Below are positions 1 through 10,857 of a stretch of DNA of 64,000 nt, one piece after another. Origin of the DNA: an uncultured Chthonomonadaceae bacterium. Its GTDB lineage: Bacteria > Armatimonadota > Chthonomonadetes > Chthonomonadales > Chthonomonadaceae. Below the pieces are notes generated by a model that worked only from the letters and a program-made list of their open reading frames with translations, made no database searches and was not told the DNA's origin. The stretch lies in contig CAWFQB010000003.1 of the NCBI GenBank assembly GCA_963817895.1, forward strand, positions 672,001 through 736,000, read 5' to 3'. Each line of letters opens with the position of its first letter. Positions within the stretch are counted from its first letter, which is position 1. The translations under genes were made by a program, and so were the position numbers.

Positions 1-599
1 GCAAGGTTGCCGAGCGCCTCCGCCTCCCGCTTTGCCTGTTGCGACGCGCGGACAGCCGTTGCCAGTTGGCGCTCGTTCATCACCACATCGGAAACGTTGT
101 GAACTGTCAGCAGCAGGCACGGCGTATCCAGAGCCGGCCCCTGTAGCCGTTGCAGGTTCCATTCCCAGTAGGCGATGTTGCGGGTGGCATGGTGAACAAA
201 TTGCAGGCGTCCGAAATCACTGCCCGCTTCGCCCCCGGCGTTGCCGGCAACACGCTGCAAAACGGTGTTCCAGACCTCCAGATCAAGGTTGGGAAGATAC
301 TCGTATGGCTGCCACTGGAGAACATCGCTCATGCCGACGCCCGAAAGCAGCAAACGCCGCAACGCCGTGTTTGTCCAGAGCGTGTGTCCCTCGCGCGCTT
401 CCAGCACGGCCATGCCGAGCGAAACGCTTTCCAGTATCTGGCCCCATATCGGGCTGCCCGGAGTCACGGGAGACTCTTTTGCAGCCGGGTTCAGTGGCGC
501 CGGAGAGATTTCTGACGAGGAAACAGCAATAGAAGCCCGGTCGTTGGTAACGGCATCATTTCCATGCCAAACCTTCGGTAAATCAAGCGCATCTGGCAT
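1..599 (-). CDS. PAS-domain sensor protein, N-terminal part (runs off window start)
   Basis: Manual translation, absent from the ORF track: GGAGG-6nt-ATG at 599, MPDALDLPK...QILESVSLGMAVLEAREGHTLWTNTALRRLL...IAYWEWNLQRL...LLLTVHNVSDVVMNERQL. PAS-like pattern followed by a coiled-coil. Confidence 0.7.
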   Translation of the reverse strand, partial: MPDALDLPKVWHGNDAVTNDRASIAVSSSEISPAPLNPAAKESPVTPGSPIWGQILESVSLGMAVLEAREGHTLWTNTALRRLLLSGVGMSDVLQWQPYEYLPNLDLEVWNTVLQRVAGNAGGEAGSDFGRLQFVHHATRNIAYWEWNLQRLQGPALDTPCLLLTVHNVSDVVMNERQLATAVRASQQAKREAEALGNL

Positions 600-890
600 C
601 TTGGCCCTCCCGAAGATGCGCTGCTTACAATCATGATAGCGGCACAGTGCTGTCGGATACATATCAGTTGAGGAAACAAACAGAACGGATAAGGAGTGAT
701 TTCGTGGCGCATATCGAAGACCATGCGCGTAGCCTGAAACCATTATACGCTATGAAAATAAACTTTGCGATGAATTTCAGCAAAGATTCGCGAAAGTGGG
801 ATTTTTACCGGTAAATTCGTAAAAGCCCACGTTCTGAATGTTCCGCCGCGCGTCAGAAGACACGCGCCAACAAGTCAGCCAGTCGTGAGA

Positions 891-919
891 TTGACCCCTC
901 GCCAAAATTCTGCTATACT
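891..919 (+). promoter_or_regulatory. sigma70-type promoter of ftsK
   Basis: TTGACC-17 nt-TATACT with TG extension. Confidence 0.7.
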
Positions 920-926
920 TCGGAAC

Positions 927-1026
927 GGTGGTTGGTGGTCGGTGGTTGGTGATTGGTAACTATTGCCTGTCAATTTTTGCTGTACAAATGTGACCAACCA
1001 CCAGTCACCAACCACCAACCACCACC
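927..1026. repeat. Heptamer-array hairpin (GGTGGTT)n ... (AACCACC)n in the ftsK 5' UTR
   Basis: Left arm 927-957, unique spacer, complementary right arm 993-1026. Confidence 0.9.
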
Positions 1027-1040
1027 GAGAGGCATCCATC

Positions 1041-3615
1041 ATGGTTAAAATGGCGAGAACGGCATCCCGCAATGCCCCGGAACCAACGAGTTTCGTAACG
1101 CGGCGGGCGCAGGACATTTGCGGGTTGATACTCTTTTTTCTCGGCGCGGGCAGCCTGCTGTGCCTCGCCCTGCCGCAGCAGGCATTTGTGCCTCGGCATG
1201 TGGACGATCTGTTACGACTGCTGGCAGGCACGGGCGCGTATGCGGTTCCCCTGCTGCTGATGTTTGCGGGAACCATGTTTCTCATCGGCTATGAACGCCT
1301 GTCTTTTTCCGAAACGTCCTGCGGAACCGCCCTGCTGTTTCTGGATTTCCTCGCCTTCCGCCATCTGCGCCTGATGCAAAATCTGGAAGCCCTGCATCTT
1401 CCGCCGCGCGACCTGCCGGGGCAAATTCAGGCTCAGATTCCGTTGTACGGCGGATGGGTCGGCTGGATGTTCGGCGCGACGCTGCACAGTCTGCTCGGTT
1501 TCACGCTGAGTTATCTCGCCCTCCTGCTCGCCCTTCTTATCGGCATCGTCCTGATCGTGGACCAGCCCCTTATCGAAATCCTGCGCCGCCTCCACGCCCA
1601 GAGCGCGCCGGGGTTCATGCCGCCGCGCAGATTACGGAATTCAGGCGATCAGGAAAAGGAGAAGAGGAGAGGAGGAGAAGAGGAAGCCAATGGAAGAGCA
1701 ACGGCAATCAGCCAATCACCAGTCACCAATCACCAGTCGTCGAGGATGCGGGCGGTTCGGGCGGCGCGAGTGGCGGAACGCGCCCTGACTCCGGGCGGGC
1801 GTTCGGTTCCGCCTGCTGACGCAATTACGCCCGCCGTGAAAACGCTCCCGCTGAAGACGAGCATCCGGCAACAGACTCCAAATCGCCCAACCTGTTCAAC
1901 CTGACACGCTTATGGCGCGGAGAAAAGGCGGAAGAGGAGAGAAATGCGGGAGACAGGTGAGAAGGGAAGCCGGGAGAAGAGGCATTCCATCGTTGCACCC
2001 GCAACTGAAGCCGCAAAGCCTCCGGGTGCCAACAGACGCAAAGGCAACCTGCGGCGCCGAAACCGTTGCCGCAAACGAGAGCAAAGAGGAGGAGGATGGA
2101 GTTGTCTTCCCTCTCACCCCTCATCGCTGCCACCTTCGCCGAGTTCGTTCTGCCGCCCCTGACCCTGCTGGCGCAGGCTCCGCCCGCCGGCACAAAACGG
2201 GCGCAGGCCGAACTGACGGATAACGTCAGCACGATTGAGCGGACGCTGGAGCAGTTCAATATCGGCGCGAACGTCGTGGAAGTGGCGAGCGGGCCGAGCG
2301 TGACGCGGTACGAAATTCAGCTTGCTCCGGGCATCAAGGTCAGTAAAATTGTCAGCCTTGCCGACAATCTCGCCATGAGCCTTGCCGCGATTGACGTGCG
2401 CGTGGAAGCGCCGATTCCCGGCAAAGTCGGCTATAGGCGTGGAAGTGCCCAACGCCGCGCCGGTCATGGTGACGCTGCGCGAATGTCTGGAAACCGACGA
2501 GTTCAAAAACGCGACCAGCAAACTGACCGTTGCGCTGGGCAAGGACGTCAGCGGACAATACAAATACGCCGACCTGACCAAAATGCCGCACCTGCTCATT
2601 GGCGGCTCGACCAATTCCGGCAAATCCGTCTGCCTGAACGTGCTGATCGCCAGCCTGGTGTATCGCAACACGCCCCGCGACGTGCGGATGCTGATGATTG
2701 ATCCCAAGCGCGTGGAACTCAGCCTGTGGGACGGCATCCCGCATCTGATGCACCCGGTTGTCAAAGACGTGAAGCAGGCGGCAGGGATTTTCCGGGCGGC
2801 CCTGCGCGAAATGGATCGGCGCTACGATATGTTCGCCACACTGGGAACCCGCAACATTGACGGCTACAACCAGCACGTGCCGGAAAGCGAACGACTGCCG
2901 TACCTCGTTCTGATCGTGGACGAACTGGCCGACCTGATGATGCAGCAAGGCCCGGAAGTGGAAACCAGCATTTGCCGCCTCGCGCAGCTCGCCCGCGCAA
3001 CCGGCATTCATCTCGTCATCGCCACGCAGCGCCCTTCGGTAGACATCATCACGGGAACCATCAAGGCCAACATTTCCAGTCGCATCGCGTTTGCCGTCGC
3101 CTCGCAGGTGGACAGCCGCACGATTCTGGACATGACGGGCGCGGACAGGCTGATCGGGCGGGGCGACATGCTGTTCATGCCGATTGACGCCGCCAAGCCC
3201 GTCCGCATTCAGGGCTGCTATCTGAGCGAAACGAAACCAATGCCATCGTGGATTATCTGAAGGAGCAGGAAAAACCCGTCTTCACGTTCACCGTCGCGGA
3301 AAGCAGTCCGAGCGGCGCGCCAACGCCTGCAGCGGCAACACCGAAGACGAGGGCGACGACGACCAGTTCTTCGAGCAGGCGGTGCGGCTCGTCGTCAACA
3401 ATGGGCAGGCGTCCACATCCATGCTGCAGCGTCGGTTCCGCATCGGCTACACGCGGGCGGCGCGGATCGTGGAAATGATGGAAGAAAAAGGCATTGTCGG
3501 CGCGCTCAACGGAGCCAAGCCCCGCGAAATCCTCGTCAGCAAAGACGAAGTGGAGCAGATGTTCAGTCCCGGCAGCAGCCTCCCGAGCGTAGACAACTAC
3601 AAGGATGAGGAATAA
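1041..3615 (+). CDS. ftsK: DNA translocase FtsK/SpoIIIE (split by several frameshifts)
   Basis: N-terminal TM helices; [22 protein letters not shown] (Walker A), [26 protein letters not shown]; gamma domain [20 protein letters not shown]. Spread over ORFs 963/2066/2382/3382. Confidence 0.95.
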
Positions 3616-3634
3616 ACTCAAGAAAGAGTGGAGA

Positions 3635-4069
3635 ATGATGACGCAAATACAGGTGATCGAAATCGCTTCTGCCGGTGAAACACGCGGCAATGGTCGAGAT
3701 GGGTACGCTGAAAAGGTACAAGATTTGCGTGATAGCGTTTCCGCTTCGGCTAGAGCGGAGGGCAGAAGCAACGACGCGCCGATTGCGCAACTTCAGGCTG
3801 AAGCAAATGCGCAATTTGAGCAAGTCAAGGCTCAGTTGTCCAACCTCAGCGTCGAGGAGTTGAAGGCAAGTGCGCAAACGGAATTGGCTTCCAGCGATAT
3901 TACGCGGATGTCGGAACTGCTCATCGGTCAAGAAGAGCGTGAGTTGGCCGAACACGAAGGAGCTGAACTCAACACGCTGCATGAAAAGATGCTGACGATG
4001 GCGGCAACGCGAACCGCCGCGTTATGGCTGCTGAAAAACCGGATGGAGCAGGGCAGAAGCGTTGAATAA
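3635..4069 (+). CDS. Small helical protein coupled to an HNH nuclease (putative antitoxin-like)
   Basis: Helical ORF whose end overlaps the HNH start. Confidence 0.6.
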   Translation: MMTQIQVIEIASAGETRGNGRDGYAEKVQDLRDSVSASARAEGRSNDAPIAQLQAEANAQFEQVKAQLSNLSVEELKASAQTELASSDITRMSELLIGQEERELAEHEGAELNTLHEKMLTMAATRTAALWLLKNRMEQGRSVE

Positions 4070-4508
4070 AGCCTACATCCCGGCAGAGTTACGGCGCATT
4101 GTTGTTGACGATTTCAACTCTCGTTGCGCTTACTGCCATAGCACAGAACTTCTGCTTGACGGGGCGTTTGTTATGGATCATATTTTGCCCGAAGTTTCCG
4201 GCGGTTCCACAACACGCGACAATTTATGTTACGCCTGCATCCTTTGCAATGGACACAAAGCGGCGCGGCGTGAGGTGATTGATCCCTTAACAAAACGGCG
4301 CGTACAATTATTCCATCCAAGACGGCATAACTGGAAACGGCATTTTGAGTGGTCTACAGACGGCTTGCAGATTGTGGGTAGAACGCAATGTGGCCGCGCA
4401 ACAGTGGCTGCGCTGCAACTGAACAATGACTCACTGGTGCGAATGCGTGGATTTTGGTTGCGTCTCAGGGCAAATCCCCCTGAGTGGGAACTGATAACTG
4501 AAGGATAG
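4062..4508 (+). CDS. HNH endonuclease
   Basis: CAYC...DHILP..GG....NLCYACILCNGHK, LFHPR, GRATVAALQLN. Confidence 0.9.
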   Translation: MNKAYIPAELRRIVVDDFNSRCAYCHSTELLLDGAFVMDHILPEVSGGSTTRDNLCYACILCNGHKAARREVIDPLTKRRVQLFHPRRHNWKRHFEWSTDGLQIVGRTQCGRATVAALQLNNDSLVRMRGFWLRLRANPPEWELITEG

Positions 4509-4517
4509 GGAATTGCC

Positions 4518-5421
4518 ATGACGCTTGAAAACTGGGAGCGTAATCCACGCGATGTTTCCTTGCAGTTCTTGAAGCAGTTGAACAGCAGCGAAGGCAACGT
4601 GATGGAAGCGGCAATCCGTGAATTGCGGGATGCGCCGCCCAAAGTGCTGATGCGCCTGCTGGATGAGGAAATGACGCTGGACGCGCAAGCGCAAGTTTGG
4701 ATATTCCTGTATGCGCTTGGCATTATCGGCTGTGTCCTGATAGGACTTCTCGCGTCTGTGTTCTGGCTGGATTGGCTGCGTAGGGGCAACGGTATGTTGC
4801 CCGTTGTGACATTTTATTCCGTTATGATGTGCATCATAAAAGGGTGGGCCGCAGGCGCGTCAAGACACAATAAGGCTCGTCCTCAACAGGCGCATGAACA
4901 GTTGATTGCCGCGATACGCGCCACTTGCGACCCCGCTCTGGTACGGCTGATACTGGAAGGGAATAATTATCCGATCCAATCGGAGGACGGAGCCATGACG
5001 CACAGCGAACCGTTCCCGAGTTCACTGCATCGCGCTGGAAAATCTGCTGCCGGTTCTCAGTGAAGCGGAAAAACAGGACATTGCGCAGCGGTACGGACGC
5101 ATCTGGACGTGTCTGTTGCGGGAGTCGCAGGTTTCGGATGGATTGAAAATCATTATTCTGGGACTGGTGGAGGCGTGGGGAACTTCGGAGTGTACCGGCG
5201 CGGTGAAGAGCCTGCTTCACGCCAACCCGGAACTGGAATTGACCTTCGCCGCGCAGCGTTGTCTGGCAGCGTTGCAGAAGCGCGAAGCCGAAGCGAAACA
5301 ATCCGCCACGCTGCTCCGCGCCTCCCATGCGAACGCGCCTGCCCCGGAAATCCTGCTGCGGCCCGCCATCCAAACAGCAGACGCGGAACCGGAAACTCTG
5401 TTACGCGCCACAAAATCATAA
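4518..5421 (+). CDS. Membrane protein with HEAT-like C-terminus and repeated LLR(A/P) tail (frameshift near 5000)
   Basis: ORFs 4518-5063 and 5116-5421 join in a shifted frame; two TM helices; tail TLLRAS..ILLRPA..TLLRAT. Confidence 0.6.
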
Positions 5422-5455
5422 ATCCTGCGAAATGCTGTAAACGGATGCGGCAATT

Positions 5456-6286
5456 ATGGACGTGGAAGAGGCTGAACTTGATAAGATAATGGCCCGCCTG
5501 ACTCATTCCTGTGAGCAGACGCGGCAAACTGCGCGTCAAGAGATACAAACCTGGACGTTTGAAACCGTGCTTGAACTGCTGGCGCGGCACTGGCCGCAGG
5601 GTTACGATTTGCCCCGCCCTGAACCCGCTACACGTTGGGAGCGTTTGCGGCGCAGATGGTCGCCTGCCGAAGAACCCCCAATGTTATCGGCCATTCTGGA
5701 TTTGATTGTGATTTTTCATGCGCAGGTTGCGACGGACGCGCGTATGGCCGGTCTGGTATTATCCGTCATGGCGCGGATGCAGGAGCGGGAACGGCAGTTG
5801 AGCGCGGGTTCCAGCAATCATTGGCCCTCTTCCGCAATGAACGCGCGTGTCTATATGGTGCTGGACGCGCCCATACGTTCGCCTGCCCATACCGCCAAAA
5901 ATCTACTGCATACGGCATTGAGGCGACTTGCGCCTCTTGTCACCCCGGAAAAATGCGAACTCTCTCCGTCACAATGCGACGCGCTGCTGATTCCCTTGCA
6001 GCGCCCTTACCGGAGTGTTGACCTGACCTTGAACATTCTTGTCCTACTGTCGTGGCTGGGCGAGCAGCGGCATATTCCCACGATTGAACACACGGCGCAG
6101 AGCGCCATCGGCACGGATAACGGACGGCGTGTTCGCGCTGCCGCCAATGCCTGTCTGGAACAGATACGCGCTCGTCAGAACAAAACGCGGCAATGCCAAA
6201 CCTTGCTGCGCCCTGTATCTGTTGATTCTGCTGACACTGCCGATGAACTGCTGCGCCCGACTGCAAGCGAGGATGCAAAGTGGTAG
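5456..6286 (+). CDS. HEAT-like helical protein with LLRP tail, probable paralog of the upstream gene
   Basis: VRAAANACLEQIR...TLLRPVS...ELLRPT. Confidence 0.6.
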   Translation: MDVEEAELDKIMARLTHSCEQTRQTARQEIQTWTFETVLELLARHWPQGYDLPRPEPATRWERLRRRWSPAEEPPMLSAILDLIVIFHAQVATDARMAGLVLSVMARMQERERQLSAGSSNHWPSSAMNARVYMVLDAPIRSPAHTAKNLLHTALRRLAPLVTPEKCELSPSQCDALLIPLQRPYRSVDLTLNILVLLSWLGEQRHIPTIEHTAQSAIGTDNGRRVRAAANACLEQIRARQNKTRQCQTLLRPVSVDSADTADELLRPTASEDAKW

Positions 6287-6368
6287 TTTCTACCCTCATC
6301 CGTCCCGGCAGGAATTCCGCCTGTCACTGGAGAGATTGGCCGTACTACACCCGCCGGAGATTGCCCCG

Positions 6369-7291
6369 ATGTCCACGCTCGAAGCGCTTGTCGGCACACA
6401 ATTTGTTACCCGCTTCCTTTTGTCGCAACACCTACATGAATTCGTCGAGACGTTTCTACCGGATGTAGCCGCCTATATAGACCCGACATTCGTTGAGTTC
6501 ATTGACAAAGAGGTATTTACGGACGTAACCGCCGGTGAAAAACACGAGGTTGATTTTCTGGCGAAGGTTAAGTTCAAGGGGCAGGATGTCTTTTTCTTTG
6601 TACTTGTAGAAAATCAGTCAACGGCAAGGCCGGGCTTCCCGAAACGCATGTTTGTTTATTTTGCCCGTCTGCTGGAAAAGTACGACCTGCCCATCTATCC
6701 CATCGTCATTTTCTCTTATGACGCGCCGAAAATCGCTGCTCCGACACGCTATGAGGTGTCCTTCCCTGGCAGGAGGGTGTTACGATTCGATTATAAGGTC
6801 ATTCAGCTAAATCGCATTCCATGGCGTCAGTTTCTGAAGAAACCCAATCCGGCAACAACGGCCTTGATGACGAAAATGAAAATGTCGGCAGCCGACCGGC
6901 CAAAGGTAAGATTAGAGTGTCTGCGCCTGCTAACAACCCTGAAACTAGACCCGGCTAAATCTAAACTTATCGGCGGTTTTATTGAAGGCTACCTGAAACT
7001 GACCGCAGCGGAAATGAAAAAGTACGAGCGCGAATTTGCCGCCCTCGCGCCCGAAGAAAAGGAGGCTACAATGGTAATGGTTACGAGTTGGGAACGCACC
7101 GGAATGCTAAGGGAAAACAGGAACTTGTCAGTCGTCAAGTGCGACGGCGGTTTGGTTCTGTTTCATCCCAAACTACCGAACGTCTTGATCAACTGTCGGC
7201 AGAGCAACTTGATCAACTTGGCGAAGCGTTGTTTGATTTCGCTTCGGTAACTGATTTGGAAGCGTGGCTTGCCAACACGGTTTCTCAGTGA
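6369..7291 (+). CDS. Rpn/YhgA-like PD-(D/E)XK nuclease with DUF4351-like C-terminus (frameshift near 7110; start uncertain)
   Basis: EFIDKEVFTD...DFLAKV...VENQS...RMFVYFARL...YPIVIFSY; C-terminus RQVRRRFG...LSAEQLDQLGEALFDF..DLEAWL. Confidence 0.85.
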
Positions 7292-7325
7292 CTCGTTCAA
7301 CAAAAAAGCGCTTGATGCAATAAAC

Positions 7326-7358
7326 AAGTGGGCGGCACATTAGATGTACCGCCCGCTT
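7326..7358. terminator. Hairpin between convergent genes
   Basis: AAGTGGGCGGCACAT-TAG-ATGTACCGCCCGCTT. Confidence 0.55.
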
Positions 7359-7382
7359 TATATTGTCGCTACGCCTGCGCAT

Positions 7383-8806
7383 TTAGCGATTTTTGGCGTA
7401 GCCCATGTTGTTGGCGGTGTTGGGGAACCAGTAGGTGACTTCGGGTACGCCCAATTTCAGTTTGTCTACCAGTTCCACGCCCTGCATCAGGCTGTGATCC
7501 TGATTGCTCACTTCGTATTTCCAGCCGCCGAAACGCCCCCGCGAGTAGATACCGAGTTTTTCCAGTTGCGGCTGTATGGCGTTGAGCGCGTGGTCGCGGC
7601 CCAACGCGGGCGTCGGGTAGCCGTAGTGGGCGCGGTAACTCCATGTGGAAAGCACATCGTGGCTTTTGTCAATCAGTTTCGTATTGTACATGCCCTCAAT
7701 CGTGTTTTCCACCACGCAATCCACGTTCACGGGCTTGGCAGGCGACTCGCTGATTTCCGCCATCAGACTCCATTGCGTGTTGATGTCCGGCACGTTGTTT
7801 GGGCTGTAGTTGCTGAATACGGTCACGCGGTAGAACGGGCAGTCGTCTTCCGGGAAAGTACATCCAGCATTTCTTTTTCAAATCCTCGGACGGCTTGCCG
7901 CTCAAGCCGATGCCGATGATGTTGCTGCTGCTGTACTTCAAATGTGAGGCCGGTTCTTTCAGATGGTTCAGGCCCGCCATGTCTACCAGCCGGTCAATCG
8001 GAAGCGTGGAGATCAGAGCGTCGTATTCCACTGCCTTGCCGTCCGCGAAAAACACTTTTTTGGCGGACGGGTCAATCCCTGTCACCGTCGCGTTAAGCGT
8101 GATGTTTTCGCGCCCTACCAGATCCGCGACGTTTTCCCAGATCGCGCCCGTGCCGCCGTGTTTGGGAAAGTGGAACGTGTTGTTCGGCCCCCACGAAAGG
8201 TCGTCCTTCTCGTGCAGCACGTTGTACAAGCACTTTTTCCAGATCGGTTACGGCAACCCGCTCGCCGATCCAGTTGAAGTCCATCTCCTCGCCGGGAAAC
8301 GCCCATACCTTGAAGTTGTACGGGATCATAAACACTTCGCCCAATCCCGGCCCGAAAGTGGCGTCTATCCACTCACGGAAGTTTTGCGGCTTGCCCTGAA
8401 ACGGCTGCTTGTAAAGCTGAATCAGCCCTTGAAGGCATTTCCAGCGCGTTTCCGGTTCCAGATGGCGAATGTTGTTCTGGAACGGGTAGGGCACGAAGCG
8501 GTTTTCAATCCACACCCACGACTCGCGCTCATGGTTGAGCCAGCCGGGGCCTTTGGGCGGCTTGACAGCGGCTTCCATCAGGTTATCGAAATAGCGGTAG
8601 TGCGAAAACTGAACGTGTCCGCCGATGTCCCACACAAAGCCCTGCGCGTCCGTATAGGAGGTGGCAAGGCCGCCTACCTGCGAGTCGCGGTCGTAAATGT
8701 GAAAGTTGTCGTGGCCGAGTTCTTTCAGGCGGTACGCGGCCCCCAGTCCGGTTGGCCCGCTGCCCAAAATCACCACGCGCTGGTCGGGTTGAAGCTGTCC
8801 CAACAT
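7383..8806 (-). CDS. FAD-dependent UDP-galactopyranose mutase, eukaryote-type (two frameshifts)
   Basis: GSGPTG, DIGGHVQFSHY, VPYPFQNNI, PYNFKVWA, GERVA, WGPNNTF.FP..GGTG.IW, FSNYSP, GYPTP, SRGRFGGWKYEVSNQDHS. Confidence 0.8.
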
Positions 8807-8809
8807 GGT

Positions 8810-10187
8810 CTATTCTCCTCCCCGCGTCGCCGACTTTGCCGCGCCGCTATAGGAAGAGGCGGCGGAAGTTTCGAAGCCGCCGAGATGGAGGCTGACGATG
8901 AGGCCGAAACCGAAGCCGCCGGGGACGATGGCGCGGAAGCTTTCGATGCGGCAGCCGTGACGCTCGGACATGCCGGACGGCGCGGATGGAGCGCTGACGG
9001 TGGACGCGGGCGCGCGGCGAGCCGTGACCTGCGGCTTGCCGTTCGCGGTTTTCGCCCACTCCTTCTGCATCAGGGTTTCCATGCTGTCGGCAATGGCGTC
9101 CCACGCCTGTTCCGCCAGAATTTTCTCCTCGCGCTTGTGTTTTCGCGCCCGGTCTTCCGGGGCTTCGTTGAGCGCGGCGTCAATCTGCGCAATGAACTGT
9201 TCGCGGCGTTTCGGCAAGGTACACAATATCGCTGTAAAAGCGAACCACATCCACAATCGGCGTGGAAATAATCGGGCGATGGGTCGCCATATATTCCAGC
9301 GTTTTGGTCGGGCTGATGAATTTGGTCGCCTCGTTCATGGCGAACGGCATCAGGCAAATGTCGGTTCCCTTCAAAATGCGCGGCAGGTCGGCGTACTGCT
9401 GCTGGCCGGGATAGTGCAGGTTGGCGGCTTTGGGCAGATTGATTCGGGTCCACTTTGGCGAACGGGCCGCATATCAGGAACTGCACGTCGGGGCGGGACG
9501 CGGCCATTTGCGCAATCAATTCGTAATCCAGCCGCTCGTCAATCACGCCGATATAGGTGGCGCGGGGGCCTGCGGGAATGTCCTGCATCCAGTCGGGCGT
9601 GGTCGTATCGGGATGGCAGGCGGTGGCGTAGTGCTTGCCGTCCACGCCGCTGGCGAACAGGTGCGTGTTGGGATTGAGGTGCTTTTTGGACTCGTACATG
9701 GAAGCGCCGCCCGTAAATACGACAGCGGACTGGCCGAGCAGCCGCTTCTCATTGGCTTTCAATTGCGGCGGGCGCATAAGCGAAATTCGCAAGTTCGTCC
9801 ATCACGTCGTACACCAGCATATCGGGCGACACGGCTTCCACCATGAAGTCGGGCGTGGGCGTGTACAGCCACAGGGCGCGGGTATGGAATTCCAGTTGGC
9901 GCATCGCGTCGCGCACCTGGCGCGTGATCTCATGGCGGCACGGCCACAGCCACAGGGGAGTATCGCCGCAATCTTCGGCGCGCACCTGGGGAACCAGAAC
10001 GGTGATACCGGGCATCACTTCGTTGATTTGGGCGGAAAGGGTGGGCGCGTCATCAGAAGCATAGACCGGCTCTTCCACAAACAGATATACGGTGGCTGTT
10101 GGCAAGCCGCGAAAGCAACTGCTGCGGGCGCTGCCACACGAAACTCCAGCGGAGGTGGGAGGCGACTACAAGGTCGAAGTTTTTCAT
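8810..10187 (-). CDS. GT-B glycosyltransferase of the type usually linked to UDP-galactopyranose mutase (several frameshifts)
   Basis: MKNFDLVVASHLRWSFVWQRPQQL, VYDVMDELANF, YIGVIDERLD, MPFAMNEATKFISPTKTLEYMA. Confidence 0.85.
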
Positions 10188-10686
10188 TGGTCTAATCTCC
10201 TGAAGTGAGAACAAGGCGTGTCTGTGATACGGCCTGCCGACATGCCGATCGCGCCGAGACAACAGCGCAGCCGACTGTCTGGCGGAAACAGGCAGGGCAT
10301 AGGGCAGACCATGACAATCGGCCTTGATGGTTAGAAAGCCTGACTGAAATGTAACATCTTGAAGCACAGACGCCAATGTTTCTCCAACGCGGTTGAAGAA
10401 ACATTGTGAGCGGGCCTGTGTCAAGACCAGTCAGTATAGAGCAGCGAACATGAGCCAATTCAGAACATGTCAACTCGTGGCGTGGTACACCGGGGCGGTG
10501 TGTTCAAGAGGAACGGACTTCGTAGGGGCGAAATCCGCGTCTCGAAAGAGGGTTTATAGCTCATTACAACCTGATGAGGCAGTCTCCGCATTTGTTAAAA
10601 GACGAACGAGCGAGGGTTGAAGTTCCCGAATTATACCTATATCGTTAGATATAAGTTAATACTTGTCTATGCAAATACGAGAGGAG

Positions 10687-10772
10687 GGTGTTCGGTGTTC
10701 AGGTATTCGGTGTTCGGTATTTGCGGCAGTCACAACGTAAGTAATGTTCTCCCAAAACCGAATACCGAACAC
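10687..10772. repeat. Repeat-array hairpin (GTGTTCG/GTATTCG)n ... (CCGAATA/CCGAACA)n
   Basis: Inverted tandem arms just upstream of the prfB promoter. Confidence 0.8.
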
Positions 10773-10774
10773 GC

Positions 10775-10803
10775 TTGACAAGGCAGGGGCGTGGAAGTAT
10801 ACT
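10775..10803 (+). promoter_or_regulatory. sigma70 promoter of prfB
   Basis: TTGACA-17 nt-TATACT. Confidence 0.8.
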
Positions 10804-10857
10804 GAAATTGGACATATCCGAAGTTCATCGGAGTACCGAAGCGGGAGAAATTTGAAT

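Noticed and set aside
32..724. ORF-track calls 32-532, 150-515, 241-636 and 491-724
   Set aside because: The minus-strand PAS frame starting at 599 has an SD and a recognisable domain; these ORFs overlap it and have no features.
6369..7291. Rpn gene as an active IS transposase
   Set aside because: No terminal inverted repeats or target duplication are seen; the family is a PD-(D/E)XK nuclease, not a DDE transposase.
10200..10680. Possible ncRNA or riboswitch in the long GT-prfB intergenic region
   Set aside because: No recognisable conserved motif by eye; an Rfam/Infernal scan would be needed.
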